Origin: a virus
Taxonomy: Duplodnaviria > Caudoviricetes
Strand: one strand, 5' to 3'
IMG/VR virus record: IMGVR_UViG_3300021960_000004
Span: 1-54,786 of that record
DNA length: 54,786 nucleotides
Below the pieces are notes generated by a model. It did not search any database. It saw only the letters and a program-made list of their open reading frames with translations, and was not told where the DNA came from. The position numbers were made by a program, and so were the translations under genes. Positions 28,630-38,631 of the stretch are shown one piece after another (the first letter of the stretch is position 1; every line of letters begins with the position of its first letter).

Positions 28630-30981
28630 TTATACCAGAGAGCCAAGATATTCGTTTGTCTCATCGCCAGTCATTGCGCTGTCGATTAGTAACTCTGTTG
28701 TGGAAATACCTCTGCCAATCTTGCGTCCGTTGTTAGTGGTGGTAAGGCTTCCGTCATCCGCTACAAAATGTGAAGCGTTAATAGTGTAACCGCCGAAAGT
28801 GCCTGTGGTGTATTGGTATACGGTGTCGTTGACGTAACCTATTATGTACATCTTAGTGCCGTCAGGTTTAATAAATATACCCTGTGGGCCTGTTTCTTGC
28901 CCAGCAACACTAAACTCTCGAATAAAAGAAGAAGTAGAAATATCCCAAGCTGTACTTAAAGAATACTCGGTTACGTCATCTCCAGAAGAACCAACAACAT
29001 ACATCCTAGTGCCATCAGGTTTAATGGATATACCTGACGCATCATACTCTCGAGAGTAAACAGAATAGTTCTGAGTATAGGAAGAGCTAGAAATATCCCA
29101 AGCTGTACTTAAAGAGTACTCGTTCACATAACCATCAGAAGAGCCAAGAACGTACATCTTAGTGCCATCAGACTTAAAGAACAATCCTTGTGCTACCGAA
29201 ACCTGAGTAGCGACATTGTATGCTTGGAGATAGGAAGCAGTAGAAACATCCCAAGCTGTGCTTAAAGTATACTCATAAACTTGGTCTGTAGCCTGAGCCG
29301 CAATGTACATCTTAGTGCCATCAGGCTTAAAGAATAAGCCGTTAGGGTAAAGCGTTTGACTAGAAACACTAAAGCTCTGAACGTAAGAGGCAGTAGATAC
29401 ATCCCAAGCTGTGCTTAATGAGTATTCATTTACGTCACGCCCAGCGGTGCCGCAGATATACATCTTAGTGCCATCAGGCTTAAAAAATACGTCTTTAGGA
29501 ATTGTTTCCTGCCCACTAACACTAAAGTTAACACTATCGTAACTAGCATTAGCCAAGTCATAACTATTTACAGTTTGCTCATTCACACCACCATCAATAG
29601 TGACAGCACCAGTAGCTGTATCTGAGATGTCCTCTGCTGCTATACCAATGTAGGAGTCTGCGGTGGTTGAGAGAAGAGTATTAATAGTCGCTGCTTTCCC
29701 CGGAAAAGGTGAGGAAGAACCATCTCGCCATCCAATAGCTGTTTTAGTGGCGTTTTCATCATAAACAACAAAACCTCTTTCAGAATAATAGGAAGTACTA
29801 ACAGTAGGGTCTGAAAAAGAAATAGAAGTTCCACTAACCGTACCTGTTGCAAAGTAGCCGTAGGTAGAGTTCTGTGGGTCTCTGTAGTTAAATATTACCT
29901 TACCCAAGTTCACATCATAAGTAGTGTCTAAATACGAAGTTTCACTTGGACCTAAACTTGTACCTAAACCTACAGGGGTGCCAAACGTAATGGAGGTTCC
30001 TGATACAGTCCCCACAGCGGCTGTGATTTTATTTGTACCACCATCATTATAGTATGATGCGACTATCTTTTGATTTACGCTATCGTAGACACAGCTAGGC
30101 TCATCGCCGCTTCCTGTAGAGTCAATTAAGGTAGCACTGCCAAATGAAATAGATGTTCCACTAACAGTCCCAACAATACCATAAGGTCTAAAGGAATTAC
30201 CCCAATCTTGGTATATACAAACTACTTTTTGTGCAGCCGCATGGTATGCCGCACCTGTAGGGTAAGTAGTTCCATTTGAAGAAAAGGCTACTTTTGTTCC
30301 GAAGCTAACAGATGTACCACTTATAGTCGCAACAACGGCTGTACCATAATTATTATTCCCACCATCCCTATAAAAAAGTACCATTTTTTGAGCATTTGCA
30401 TCGTATGCAAGAGAAGGAACATAGGAAGTTCCGCTGGTGTTGTGCTGTACAGGACTACCAAACGATATACTAGTACCGCTTACCGTACCTACGATAGCCC
30501 TGCCATCACTTGATTGACTATATGCAATAAGTACTTTTCCTGCGTTTACATCAAATCCAATAGTCAAATTATCGGTGTATGCCGCATTAAACTCTACAGG
30601 AGTACCAAAAGATATAGACGTGCCGCTTACAGTACCAACAACTGCATCGGCATGGAAACTATCCGTGTGCTTGTTATATGCTACAACTATTTTATTATTA
30701 GTAGAGTCATATGTTGCGACTGATTGATATACACTTGAGCTATATTGAGTAAAGGAATTTGGGCCGGGAGTAGTTTGTGTTATCACACTAACAGTGCCAT
30801 CAGCATTAAGAGTAACAACATCGCCATTAGCAATCGCACCACTGGCTACAAAGTCATGCTCTCCGCCACCACCAACACCTGCAGCACTAATAGCAGCCGC
30901 TGTAGTTGCGTCTACTGTTGCAATGTTAGTAAGACCTCGTGAGTCATCTACTACGGTTGTACCGCCTACTTTAATCGCCAT
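28630..30981 (-). CDS. Beta-propeller fibre/receptor-binding protein, paralogue A
   Basis: Same architecture as 26293-28617; FKPDGTKMY and YSLSTAWD repeats. Confidence 0.8.
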   Translation of the reverse strand: MAIKVGGTTVVDDSRGLTNIATVDATTAAAISAAGVGGGGEHDFVASGAIANGDVVTLNADGTVSVITQTTPGPNSFTQYSSSVYQSVATYDSTNNKIVVAYNKHTDSFHADAVVGTVSGTSISFGTPVEFNAAYTDNLTIGFDVNAGKVLIAYSQSSDGRAIVGTVSGTSISFGSPVQHNTSGTSYVPSLAYDANAQKMVLFYRDGGNNNYGTAVVATISGTSVSFGTKVAFSSNGTTYPTGAAYHAAAQKVVCIYQDWGNSFRPYGIVGTVSGTSISFGSATLIDSTGSGDEPSCVYDSVNQKIVASYYNDGGTNKITAAVGTVSGTSITFGTPVGLGTSLGPSETSYLDTTYDVNLGKVIFNYRDPQNSTYGYFATGTVSGTSISFSDPTVSTSYYSERGFVVYDENATKTAIGWRDGSSSPFPGKAATINTLLSTTADSYIGIAAEDISDTATGAVTIDGGVNEQTVNSYDLANASYDSVNFSVSGQETIPKDVFFKPDGTKMYICGTAGRDVNEYSLSTAWDVSTASYVQSFSVSSQTLYPNGLFFKPDGTKMYIAAQATDQVYEYTLSTAWDVSTASYLQAYNVATQVSVAQGLFFKSDGTKMYVLGSSDGYVNEYSLSTAWDISSSSYTQNYSVYSREYDASGISIKPDGTRMYVVGSSGDDVTEYSLSTAWDISTSSFIREFSVAGQETGPQGIFIKPDGTKMYIIGYVNDTVYQYTTGTFGGYTINASHFVADDGSLTTTNNGRKIGRGISTTELLIDSAMTGDETNEYLGSLV

Positions 30982-30995
30982 CTTCGTATCCTTTA

Positions 30996-33900
30996 CTAGG
31001 TGATTGTTGCGTTGGAGTTTACGTTGCCTACAACATCAAGGTTGCCTGATGCGTCTAGCTTCATCTTGTTTGAACCGCCTGTAGAGAAGTACAGGGAGCC
31101 ACCACTTTCTGTGACCGTCCAGCCATTGATTGTGAAGCTGTTAGATGCAGCACTGATGTTAAGGCCCGGGATGCGGAAGGCTGTGATGCTGTTGTTACCA
31201 AGGGTGATCTCATTAGACACTGTGGCAGTGGAAGCATCTGAGCCATTGCCGATAACAATGTTGTTAGCCCCCGTAGTCGTAGAGTTACCTGCTTCGTAGC
31301 CTAAAAAGGTATTCCGCCAACCTGTGGTAATACCATAACCAGCGTTCCAACCAACTGCGGTATTTCGGCTATGGTTGCTCCCAGACACACCCCTTAAAGC
31401 ACCCTGACCAATAGCTATGTTGTCACTACCTGTACTATTTGTGCCCATAGCTTGAGAGCCTAATGCTATATTGCTACTCCCAGTGGTGTTATCATTCATA
31501 GCTCTTTCACCTACGGCAACATTGTAGCCGCCAGTAGTATTGGAACTACCAGATTGATAGCCCCCAAAGAAGTTTCTGTCTCCTGTGCTAATAGCATAAC
31601 CAGCTTGATAACCAATAGCAGTGTTGTAGCTGTGAGAGGTACCAGCCGAACCTAGAAGAGCTTGATATCCAAAGGCTGAGTTATTAATACCTGTTAGGTT
31701 ACGATAAAGAGACTGCATACCGACAGCTACGTTATTATTACCCGAAGTGTTAAACCTCATCGTGAGGCCACCTAGGGCTACGTTGCTCGAGCCTGTAGTA
31801 TCAGCCGCTGCTTCTGTACCAATAGCTACGTTGTAAGTGCCTGTTTGGTTGTCTTGTAGTGCATCTCTACCACCAGCAAAATTGTTAGAGCCTGTAGTGT
31901 TATTAAAGCCTGCGTTAGTTCCGATAAAAGAGTTTGATTCGCCTGTATTAGTGTTGTAACCAGTACCCCTTCCAATAAACGTGTTTTGAGAGGCCGTAGT
32001 AACAGAACGCCCTGACTCTGCACCGACAAATACACTTGAGTTAGTAAAGTATGTACTAGCAGAAGTACCCGCATTATAACCTAAAAACACATTTTCGTAT
32101 GCAGTTGTTGCTGATGCACCTGCACTATGCCCTAAAGCAGTGTTTTTATTAGAAGAACCATCATCGTTAGCTAAGGCGTTAGGGCCAAGACCAACAGAGT
32201 AATTTGAGTAGTAACCATCACTGAGATCATTAATACCACCACTGAAGTTAAACGTGATAGTCTCATTACCTGATTGATCTGTAGTAAAGTCACCACCGCC
32301 AGACAGGGCTGTGCCAGCACTCAGTGTGATTGTAGCATCGTTAGGAGGCGTGAGTGTAGCGAAGCTAGTGTTACCTGAACCGTCTGTCTTTAGGAACTGT
32401 CCTGTTGTACCATCTGTAGCTGTGTAAGTAACTGCACCTGCAGAAACTGTACCAGTAATATCAATAGCACCTGTACCTGTGATGTCAGAACCGTTAAGGT
32501 CAAGATCACCACCAAGCTGAGGTGTAGTATCTTCAAGTACATTCGCTAGAAGTGAGCCTGCAGTGAAGCTACCCTGTTGCCAATTACTACCATCCCAAAC
32601 ATACAGTTCATCACTTGTAGAGTTCCAGTACAAAGCACCAGTTACAAGCGCATCACCATCGTTGTCTGTAGTAGGAGCAGAAGCCTTAGCACCCAAGTAA
32701 CGATCATCAAAGTCGTCATAAGATGCAGCGGCTGCGGCGGCAGAGTTACCTGCGTTAGTCTCACTTGTTGCGGCATTAGTCTCAGAAGTAGCGGCAGCGG
32801 AAGCACTAGCAGCGGCACTCGTAGCTGAACCAAGGATGCCATCAACGTAACCTTTGCGTGTAAGATCATCAGCAGCAGTAGGTGTGGCTGTTGAGGTAGC
32901 CTTGTTGCCACCCAGTACAATGTTACCTGTCATCGTACCACCAGACAGGTTCAGCTTAGTAGCATCCTGCGTATCAGTGTACGATTTAGTTGCAGCATCT
33001 TGCGCTGCAGTAGGATCACCCAAGCCAGTAACCTTAGATGTACCCATAGCAATAGCACCCGACATGGTTCCACCAGACAGGTTAAGTTTGAGTGCATCTT
33101 GTGTGTCTACATAACCCTTACGAGTAAGCGTATCATCTGTAGCTGGGGTTGCAGTTGAGGTAACCTTATTAGAACCGAGTGACAGATCACCTGTCATTGT
33201 ATCGCCCGTTTTATCTACTTTAAGGGCGTCCTGCGTATCGACATAACCTTTACGGGTTAATGTATCATCAGTAGCAGGTGTTGCCGTCGAGGTGGCTTTG
33301 TTTGCACCAAGGGAAATATCCCCAGACATAGTGCCGCCAGCCAGAGGCAATTTAGTTGCGATTGAATTGGTGATTGTAGTTGAGAAGTTGGCATCGTCAT
33401 TAATAGCTGCTGCAAGCTCATTCAGCGTGTCTAATGCACCCGGGGCAGCATCAATAACTGCAGAGACTTCGGCATCAACATAAGCCTTGTTTGCTGCATC
33501 TGTGGCGGCTGTAGGCGTTCCAACCCCAGTGACTTTGTTGCTACCCATAGCAAGGTCGCCAGACATCGTGCCGCCGGAAAGGTTTAACTTCAACGCATCG
33601 GCTGTATCGACGTATGCTTTAGTTGCTGCGTCAGAAGAGGCGCTGGGCGTACCAAGACCAGTAACGGTATTGCCACCCATAGTGATGTCACCAGACATCG
33701 TACCACCAGCTTTGTCCAGCTTGAGGGCATCCGCTGTGTCAGTGTAGCTCTTCGTAGCGGCATGTTGTGGTGCTGTAGGATCACTGACGTTAAGCAATGC
33801 TGTGCTTGTGAAGTCTACAGTACCGTTGACTACAAGGTCATTCAGAGTTGTTGTACCTGTAGAAGCTGTAACATTACCTGTCAGGTCACCTGTTACATCT

Positions 33901-34913
33901 CCAGTTACATCGCCTGTAAGATTGCCCGTTACGTTACCTGTGACATTACCTGTAAGCGCACCCGTAAATCCTGTGTTGGCTGTGATTGTCGTACCAGTTA
34001 CAGCCTGTGGAGATGCACCACCAATAACTGAACCATCAATAGTACCGCCATTAATGTCAGCGGTTGCAAGAGTAGCTTGTCCAGATGTCGATATAGTTGT
34101 AAAGCTACCAGCAGCAGCACTAGAAGCACCAATGATTGTGCCATCAATAGCACCACCGTTAATGTCTACCGTAGCGTGTGTGGAGTTACCTGTAGTTGTA
34201 AGGCTACCTGCAGACATAGCGCCTGTGAAGGTAGATGTGCCAGTTACGTTAAACGTACCACCTACAGAAGCATTACCTGTGGTGTCCATTGTAGTGAAAT
34301 CAGCAGCGGCTGGAGTAGTAGCGCCGATAACTGTACCGTCTATGTTTCCACCGTTTACGTCTATAGTGGCAAAGGTAGAAGTTCCTGTAGAAGTAACATC
34401 GCCCGTCAAGTCACCCGTGACATCACCAGTTACATTACCTGTAACGTTACCTGTCAAGTTAGCAACTACACCAGCAGGAGCACTAATAACACCTGTTACA
34501 TTGAGGGTGCCTGCAATAGTAGCATTCTCGTGTACTGCAAGTGTATCAATGTAACCGATACCGTCAATATACAAGTCCTTGAATTCAGAGCCTAAAGCAC
34601 CCAAGTCAATGTCATCGTCTGTGATAGGAATAAGAACACCATCACGCACACTAATTTGTTCAACAGGGACACCTGACACTTCAACGTAAAAGTCTACAGA
34701 GTTACTTGTAGTATCAACCTCAACCTTGTTCTTAGCGTCTGAATCAGCAATAAGAGGTACGTATCCACCCTCGCCAGTGCCGCCATCATGCTTGTGACCT
34801 GTAGATGCAGCAAAGGCATCTCTAATAGTATTAAACTCAGCGTTAACGGGCGCAGACCGTACAACAGCTGTAGGTACAATATCCGCTACGGATTGGCGTG
34901 TGTAACCTGACAT
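30996..34913 (-). CDS. Long tail fibre protein
   Basis: G(N/D)VTG repeats, INGG.IDG..IG repeats, DAATK.YVD stalk-like repeats, C-terminal N(T/V)A(I/V)G beta-helix repeats. Confidence 0.85.
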   Translation of the reverse strand: MSGYTRQSVADIVPTAVVRSAPVNAEFNTIRDAFAASTGHKHDGGTGEGGYVPLIADSDAKNKVEVDTTSNSVDFYVEVSGVPVEQISVRDGVLIPITDDDIDLGALGSEFKDLYIDGIGYIDTLAVHENATIAGTLNVTGVISAPAGVVANLTGNVTGNVTGDVTGDLTGDVTSTGTSTFATIDVNGGNIDGTVIGATTPAAADFTTMDTTGNASVGGTFNVTGTSTFTGAMSAGSLTTTGNSTHATVDINGGAIDGTIIGASSAAAGSFTTISTSGQATLATADINGGTIDGSVIGGASPQAVTGTTITANTGFTGALTGNVTGNVTGNLTGDVTGDVTGDLTGNVTASTGTTTLNDLVVNGTVDFTSTALLNVSDPTAPQHAATKSYTDTADALKLDKAGGTMSGDITMGGNTVTGLGTPSASSDAATKAYVDTADALKLNLSGGTMSGDLAMGSNKVTGVGTPTAATDAANKAYVDAEVSAVIDAAPGALDTLNELAAAINDDANFSTTITNSIATKLPLAGGTMSGDISLGANKATSTATPATDDTLTRKGYVDTQDALKVDKTGDTMTGDLSLGSNKVTSTATPATDDTLTRKGYVDTQDALKLNLSGGTMSGAIAMGTSKVTGLGDPTAAQDAATKSYTDTQDATKLNLSGGTMTGNIVLGGNKATSTATPTAADDLTRKGYVDGILGSATSAAASASAAATSETNAATSETNAGNSAAAAAASYDDFDDRYLGAKASAPTTDNDGDALVTGALYWNSTSDELYVWDGSNWQQGSFTAGSLLANVLEDTTPQLGGDLDLNGSDITGTGAIDITGTVSAGAVTYTATDGTTGQFLKTDGSGNTSFATLTPPNDATITLSAGTALSGGGDFTTDQSGNETITFNFSGGINDLSDGYYSNYSVGLGPNALANDDGSSNKNTALGHSAGASATTAYENVFLGYNAGTSASTYFTNSSVFVGAESGRSVTTASQNTFIGRGTGYNTNTGESNSFIGTNAGFNNTTGSNNFAGGRDALQDNQTGTYNVAIGTEAAADTTGSSNVALGGLTMRFNTSGNNNVAVGMQSLYRNLTGINNSAFGYQALLGSAGTSHSYNTAIGYQAGYAISTGDRNFFGGYQSGSSNTTGGYNVAVGERAMNDNTTGSSNIALGSQAMGTNSTGSDNIAIGQGALRGVSGSNHSRNTAVGWNAGYGITTGWRNTFLGYEAGNSTTTGANNIVIGNGSDASTATVSNEITLGNNSITAFRIPGLNISAASNSFTINGWTVTESGGSLYFSTGGSNKMKLDASGNLDVVGNVNSNATIT

Positions 34914-34920
34914 GTCTTAA

Positions 34921-36468
34921 TTATCTCCTGTCTGCAAGCGCATATGACACAACATAAGATTGTATGGTATGACTTGGTTGATCTTCTGTTGTAACGTAGG
35001 TCAAAGATATAGAACTACCTGACCCATTAAGGTTTGTTTTTCTTACGGGGCTAGGGTTACCATCATAGATATCACTTGCATCATACGAGGCAATACCCCA
35101 GTAGGAAGCGGCACCTGCAGTCGTAAACCCAAAGTTAAAAGGTATTAAAACGTCACTGTCTCCATAGTCGTACTCAACACCAATGTTTACTGTAACTTCA
35201 CCTTCTGATCTCATGTACGTGTGTACATCGTAAAAGATTTTCCTTACAATAGGATCATCCATATACACGTAAGGGGTCTGGTATAAAGAGAAGATAGGCT
35301 CTGTATCAAATGATGTACCTGTTTCTTGCCTGTGTACTTTACCTGTGGAGTCACCGTGAATAACAAACTCTTCTGTGTCTATATAACCCGTAGCACCACA
35401 CGATACTTCTACACCTACAAGCTGAGAGTACTCAAAGCCTAGACCCTGTTGCCCCGCTCTACGAAGGGAACCGATAAGACCCAAGGACTCAGCATTAGAG
35501 AAAAACAGTCTGAATTGAGACTTTCTATTTACTACCATCATAGTAATACTGTCTAGGTCTTCGTTACGAGAGTAAGCTTCAAAGATAGACTGTACAGGCT
35601 TAGACAGAGTACCAAGTTCAATATCACCAATACGTTCTGTAGCAGTAACGGGTCTAATACCATCTGGGCCTAAGAATAAAATATCTCCGTTGAACTCTAC
35701 TACAGCATCAGAAGACACACAACCAAGATTCTTAGTTACGTCAGATAGTACAAAGTCAGCAATGTTGTTACCGTTTAGTCTTTTAATGTTATTGACGCCG
35801 AATATATAAAGTTGATCTCTAAAAGACTTTATAGTAACAATGTCGAACCCTACGTTAATTACACCTGAACCTAACGCTGGGGTGAAGTTAGTCTCATCAA
35901 GAGGAGCAGAGAAATAAAGTAGGTTAGGTTCGCTAGGGTCACCCGCAAGAAATAAATGATTAGCAAATGTCTCACAGAACTTAGGTGCGGAGGGGGCCTC
36001 TGCGCTATTTAACTGCGTGTATGTTGTCCCGTCCCAAGATGCAGCAGGATTAATACCATCAGTAAGGACAAGCTTAGGTAAGCCCCAATTAAAACTCTCA
36101 AAGCGTACTTTGCTGACACCCGTCATACTAGGCGAACCAGCAGTACTAGGAGTTACCCAAGCAGAAGTTGTTTTGTCCCAGTAATGAAAGTAGTTGCTGC
36201 CAGTGGACGGCTTACGGCAAGCAAAAATACCATCATTTAAACCACTAAAAACAGAGACACCAAGTACAGGCGATCCCTCTAAACCCGGTACAGTGCCATA
36301 ACTGTTAGCATACCCACTAATACGTCTATAGCCGCCTTCGATAGCTGGTTCGTAATTAATCATACGGATAGCTGATCCCGGCATTTGAGCAGCTTGTGTC
36401 AGGTAATCTTGGTTATTAACTAACCCACCTGAACAAGGAGCCAAAAAGGATCTTACATTGTCAGCCAT
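34921..36468 (-). CDS. Tail tubular/nozzle protein (podovirus tail protein B-like)
   Basis: 515 aa beta-rich; position after adaptor and before tail fibre. Confidence 0.7.
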   Translation of the reverse strand: MADNVRSFLAPCSGGLVNNQDYLTQAAQMPGSAIRMINYEPAIEGGYRRISGYANSYGTVPGLEGSPVLGVSVFSGLNDGIFACRKPSTGSNYFHYWDKTTSAWVTPSTAGSPSMTGVSKVRFESFNWGLPKLVLTDGINPAASWDGTTYTQLNSAEAPSAPKFCETFANHLFLAGDPSEPNLLYFSAPLDETNFTPALGSGVINVGFDIVTIKSFRDQLYIFGVNNIKRLNGNNIADFVLSDVTKNLGCVSSDAVVEFNGDILFLGPDGIRPVTATERIGDIELGTLSKPVQSIFEAYSRNEDLDSITMMVVNRKSQFRLFFSNAESLGLIGSLRRAGQQGLGFEYSQLVGVEVSCGATGYIDTEEFVIHGDSTGKVHRQETGTSFDTEPIFSLYQTPYVYMDDPIVRKIFYDVHTYMRSEGEVTVNIGVEYDYGDSDVLIPFNFGFTTAGAASYWGIASYDASDIYDGNPSPVRKTNLNGSGSSISLTYVTTEDQPSHTIQSYVVSYALADRR

Positions 36469-37193
36469 CAGGCACCACCACCAAACGCAGAGTTAAAGCC
36501 CCTTGATACAGCTGTGGATCTAATTTCTATTGCGTCATCCATTAAGACACGGCGCATTGACTTAATGCCATCATCAAAGTTATTCTGGTGCATCGCAGCA
36601 CTCTGCTCATTACTACGGAAACGCATCATAAACATCATAGCACCATCAATAAGAACATGCTTGAATCTGTCTGGTATGATGCACACGTCATTGTACACTG
36701 CCATGTCGTCAGGGTAAGACCAGTACACATACTCAATTTCGTAGGCTGCATCCGGTACAGGTGTAACTCCGAAGGCAGGTCCATAAGTTTGGTACACAAC
36801 AGAAGGAGACGCATCCCCGTTAACTGTGTCACCTGTGTCGTCTATACTTCTATAGTTTTGAATGTAGTCCTCATACGTAATTACCTTTAGGTTACGAGGT
36901 GCATTACTCTTAGAGGATAATTGTTTAATATAAAAGGTGTTCCAGTCAGTACTTGAGTAGTCGGAAGGGAAGTCGTAGAGGCGTGTACCTGCCGTTAGTG
37001 TTTGGGTATACGTTGTCTTAAGGAAGGGCCACTCCTGACCATCCTGTAGAATAAGTCTAACGCTACTATTGACTGCATCTTTAGCTAGAGCCTGAACATT
37101 ACGTACCGTATCGAAGCCATCACCCGCAATGTCAAGTGTCACCTCGTTCATACGTCTTAGTAATTCATTAACTAGCGATACATAAGTAGCCAT
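36468..37193 (-). CDS. Head-tail adaptor / tail tubular protein A-like
   Basis: TY..LVN.LLRR.NE, WPF, P.PD..Y.I.Y.Y; immediately after capsid. Confidence 0.75.
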   Translation of the reverse strand: MATYVSLVNELLRRMNEVTLDIAGDGFDTVRNVQALAKDAVNSSVRLILQDGQEWPFLKTTYTQTLTAGTRLYDFPSDYSSTDWNTFYIKQLSSKSNAPRNLKVITYEDYIQNYRSIDDTGDTVNGDASPSVVYQTYGPAFGVTPVPDAAYEIEYVYWSYPDDMAVYNDVCIIPDRFKHVLIDGAMMFMMRFRSNEQSAAMHQNNFDDGIKSMRRVLMDDAIEIRSTAVSRGFNSAFGGGA

Positions 37194-37222
37194 AGAGTTA
37201 TCCTACCGTTGAGGTTGCTGAA

Positions 37223-37248
37223 GGGCCAGCCTCCTAGAAGACCAGCCC
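37223..37248 (-). terminator. Hairpin after the capsid gene (weak terminator or processing/stabilising stem)
   Basis: Minus strand GGGCTGGTCTT-ctag-GAGGCTGGCCC with several G-U pairs, short U tail. Confidence 0.45.
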
Positions 37249-37266
37249 AACAGATTATTGTATTGG

Positions 37267-38340
37267 TTAAGCCAAGTTGTACTTAGCTGTTACCAAAGCT
37301 TCTGGACGCAGAATCTTGCGACCGTAGAGATGCATACCACGGACAATGTCAGCGAATGAATCTGGATCACGGTAAGTTTCAGTCTTGTTGATTTGCTCAG
37401 CAGTTGCTACAGCAGAATCGTGACCAGCTACGATAGCACCGAAGTTGGTAGACTGGGCGGCTGTACCTGTTGTAGATGCGCCTGTGCCGATTTGTGGCAG
37501 GTTGTTAGACACATATACACGGAAGCCATTCCAGTTGTTGAGGACGAGACCGTTACGCAACCCGTTAGAGTCACCGAAGTCAGCGTTCAACAGACGGGAA
37601 TCTTCATCCATCAGGATTTCCATCATCACTGGGTCAATGATAACCCAACGACCAGCCTTGTCAACACTGTTTTGATCGAGAAGACGACCCATACGTGCAA
37701 TCAACATAGTAGGTGATACGTATGCAGTTGGCAAAGCAGTCGCACCTGGCAGACGAGCAGCAACTGGAATAGAGTCGCCAGCTACACCTGCAGTTGTGAT
37801 GTTGCCGAAGTCTGGGCGGGAAAGCTTATTAGCTGCAAGCAGTTCGTCAGAACCAGCAGCTGTGTCAGCTTTAGTGCCGTTGACTTGATCGTTTACTGTG
37901 TCAGCAGCAGTGTGCAAAGCAGACTGTTTGTAACCTGACAAGTAACCCAATACTTCTTGGTCATGCTGGTCAGCCAAGCGGTAAGCCGCACGGTTGGTTG
38001 CAAGATCCATGAAGTTTACATGGGAGTGAGCCTCCTCGATATCGTCCATCTTGAAAGCAAAATAGTTAGCTTTATCAACGACTAAGGAGAAGTCAGCGTC
38101 TGTAAGATCTTGTGCAGCAATGGTTGTACCACGTGCATAAGCAGATACGCTTACCTCTGGCTCTTTAATAATCTTAACAGTGTCCCCTTGGTTGGCAATC
38201 TCGCCAAAATAATCAGAGTTGGTTACGTCACCGACGACTGTTGACTTGCGGAATGCAAGCTGTACTTTTTTAGAGTAGATAACGGAACTGAAGTTACCGT
38301 TAGGGAGGTTGGTATAACCTCCAGCTGATGCGAATGCCAT
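37267..38340 (-). CDS. Major capsid protein
   Basis: 357 aa; LPNGNFS.VIYSKK, GEI.NQGDTVKI, GF.VY.SNNLP, FADIVRG.HLYGRK.LRPEAL; strong AGGAG RBS; follows scaffold. Confidence 0.92.
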   Translation of the reverse strand: MAFASAGGYTNLPNGNFSSVIYSKKVQLAFRKSTVVGDVTNSDYFGEIANQGDTVKIIKEPEVSVSAYARGTTIAAQDLTDADFSLVVDKANYFAFKMDDIEEAHSHVNFMDLATNRAAYRLADQHDQEVLGYLSGYKQSALHTAADTVNDQVNGTKADTAAGSDELLAANKLSRPDFGNITTAGVAGDSIPVAARLPGATALPTAYVSPTMLIARMGRLLDQNSVDKAGRWVIIDPVMMEILMDEDSRLLNADFGDSNGLRNGLVLNNWNGFRVYVSNNLPQIGTGASTTGTAAQSTNFGAIVAGHDSAVATAEQINKTETYRDPDSFADIVRGMHLYGRKILRPEALVTAKYNLA

Positions 38341-38595
38341 TGTAATTCTCCTAGAATGTTTGGCTTATGATAAGAAGTGAATGCGAGTATAAGGCAAACA
38401 CCTCAACTCAGAGAAACTAAACAAGACGAAGAGGCTGAGATATTTTCTAGGGTGCGTTTGGCTTCAGGTTGGCCAACCATTAGCTAACGGGCCTATACTT
38501 ACTCAGGTGGTTCTTGGTTGAATGTTATAGTTTTTAGGTTTGGGAAAGTTTTATAATTAAGAGGTAGTCTGCTAAGAGGCTCTTGAACTATACGT
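38341..38595 (-). ncRNA. Long structured 5' leader of the capsid gene (candidate cis-regulatory RNA)
   Basis: About 255 nt non-coding between promoter and ATG; nested stems interrupted by three GCC/(C)YACC internal loops. Confidence 0.55.
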
Positions 38596-38600
38596 ACTTA

Positions 38601-38628
38601 GTTATATGCAGGCAAAAGTGTTTGTCAA
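38601..38628 (-). promoter_or_regulatory. Promoter for the capsid gene
   Basis: Minus strand TTGACA-N16-TATAAC. Confidence 0.7.
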
Positions 38629-38631
38629 CAC

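Noticed and set aside
26293-30981. Paralogous fibre genes as a diversity-generating retroelement or invertible cassette
   Set aside because: No reverse transcriptase or invertase; both copies are full ORFs in the same orientation and differences are not adenine-specific
33802-34595. Long + strand ORFs (250 aa, 172 aa) inside the tail fibre, and similar ones at 19408-19707, 40086-40589 and 48931-49518
   Set aside because: Antisense shadows of repetitive or low-complexity minus-strand genes; no RBS, against local gene orientation
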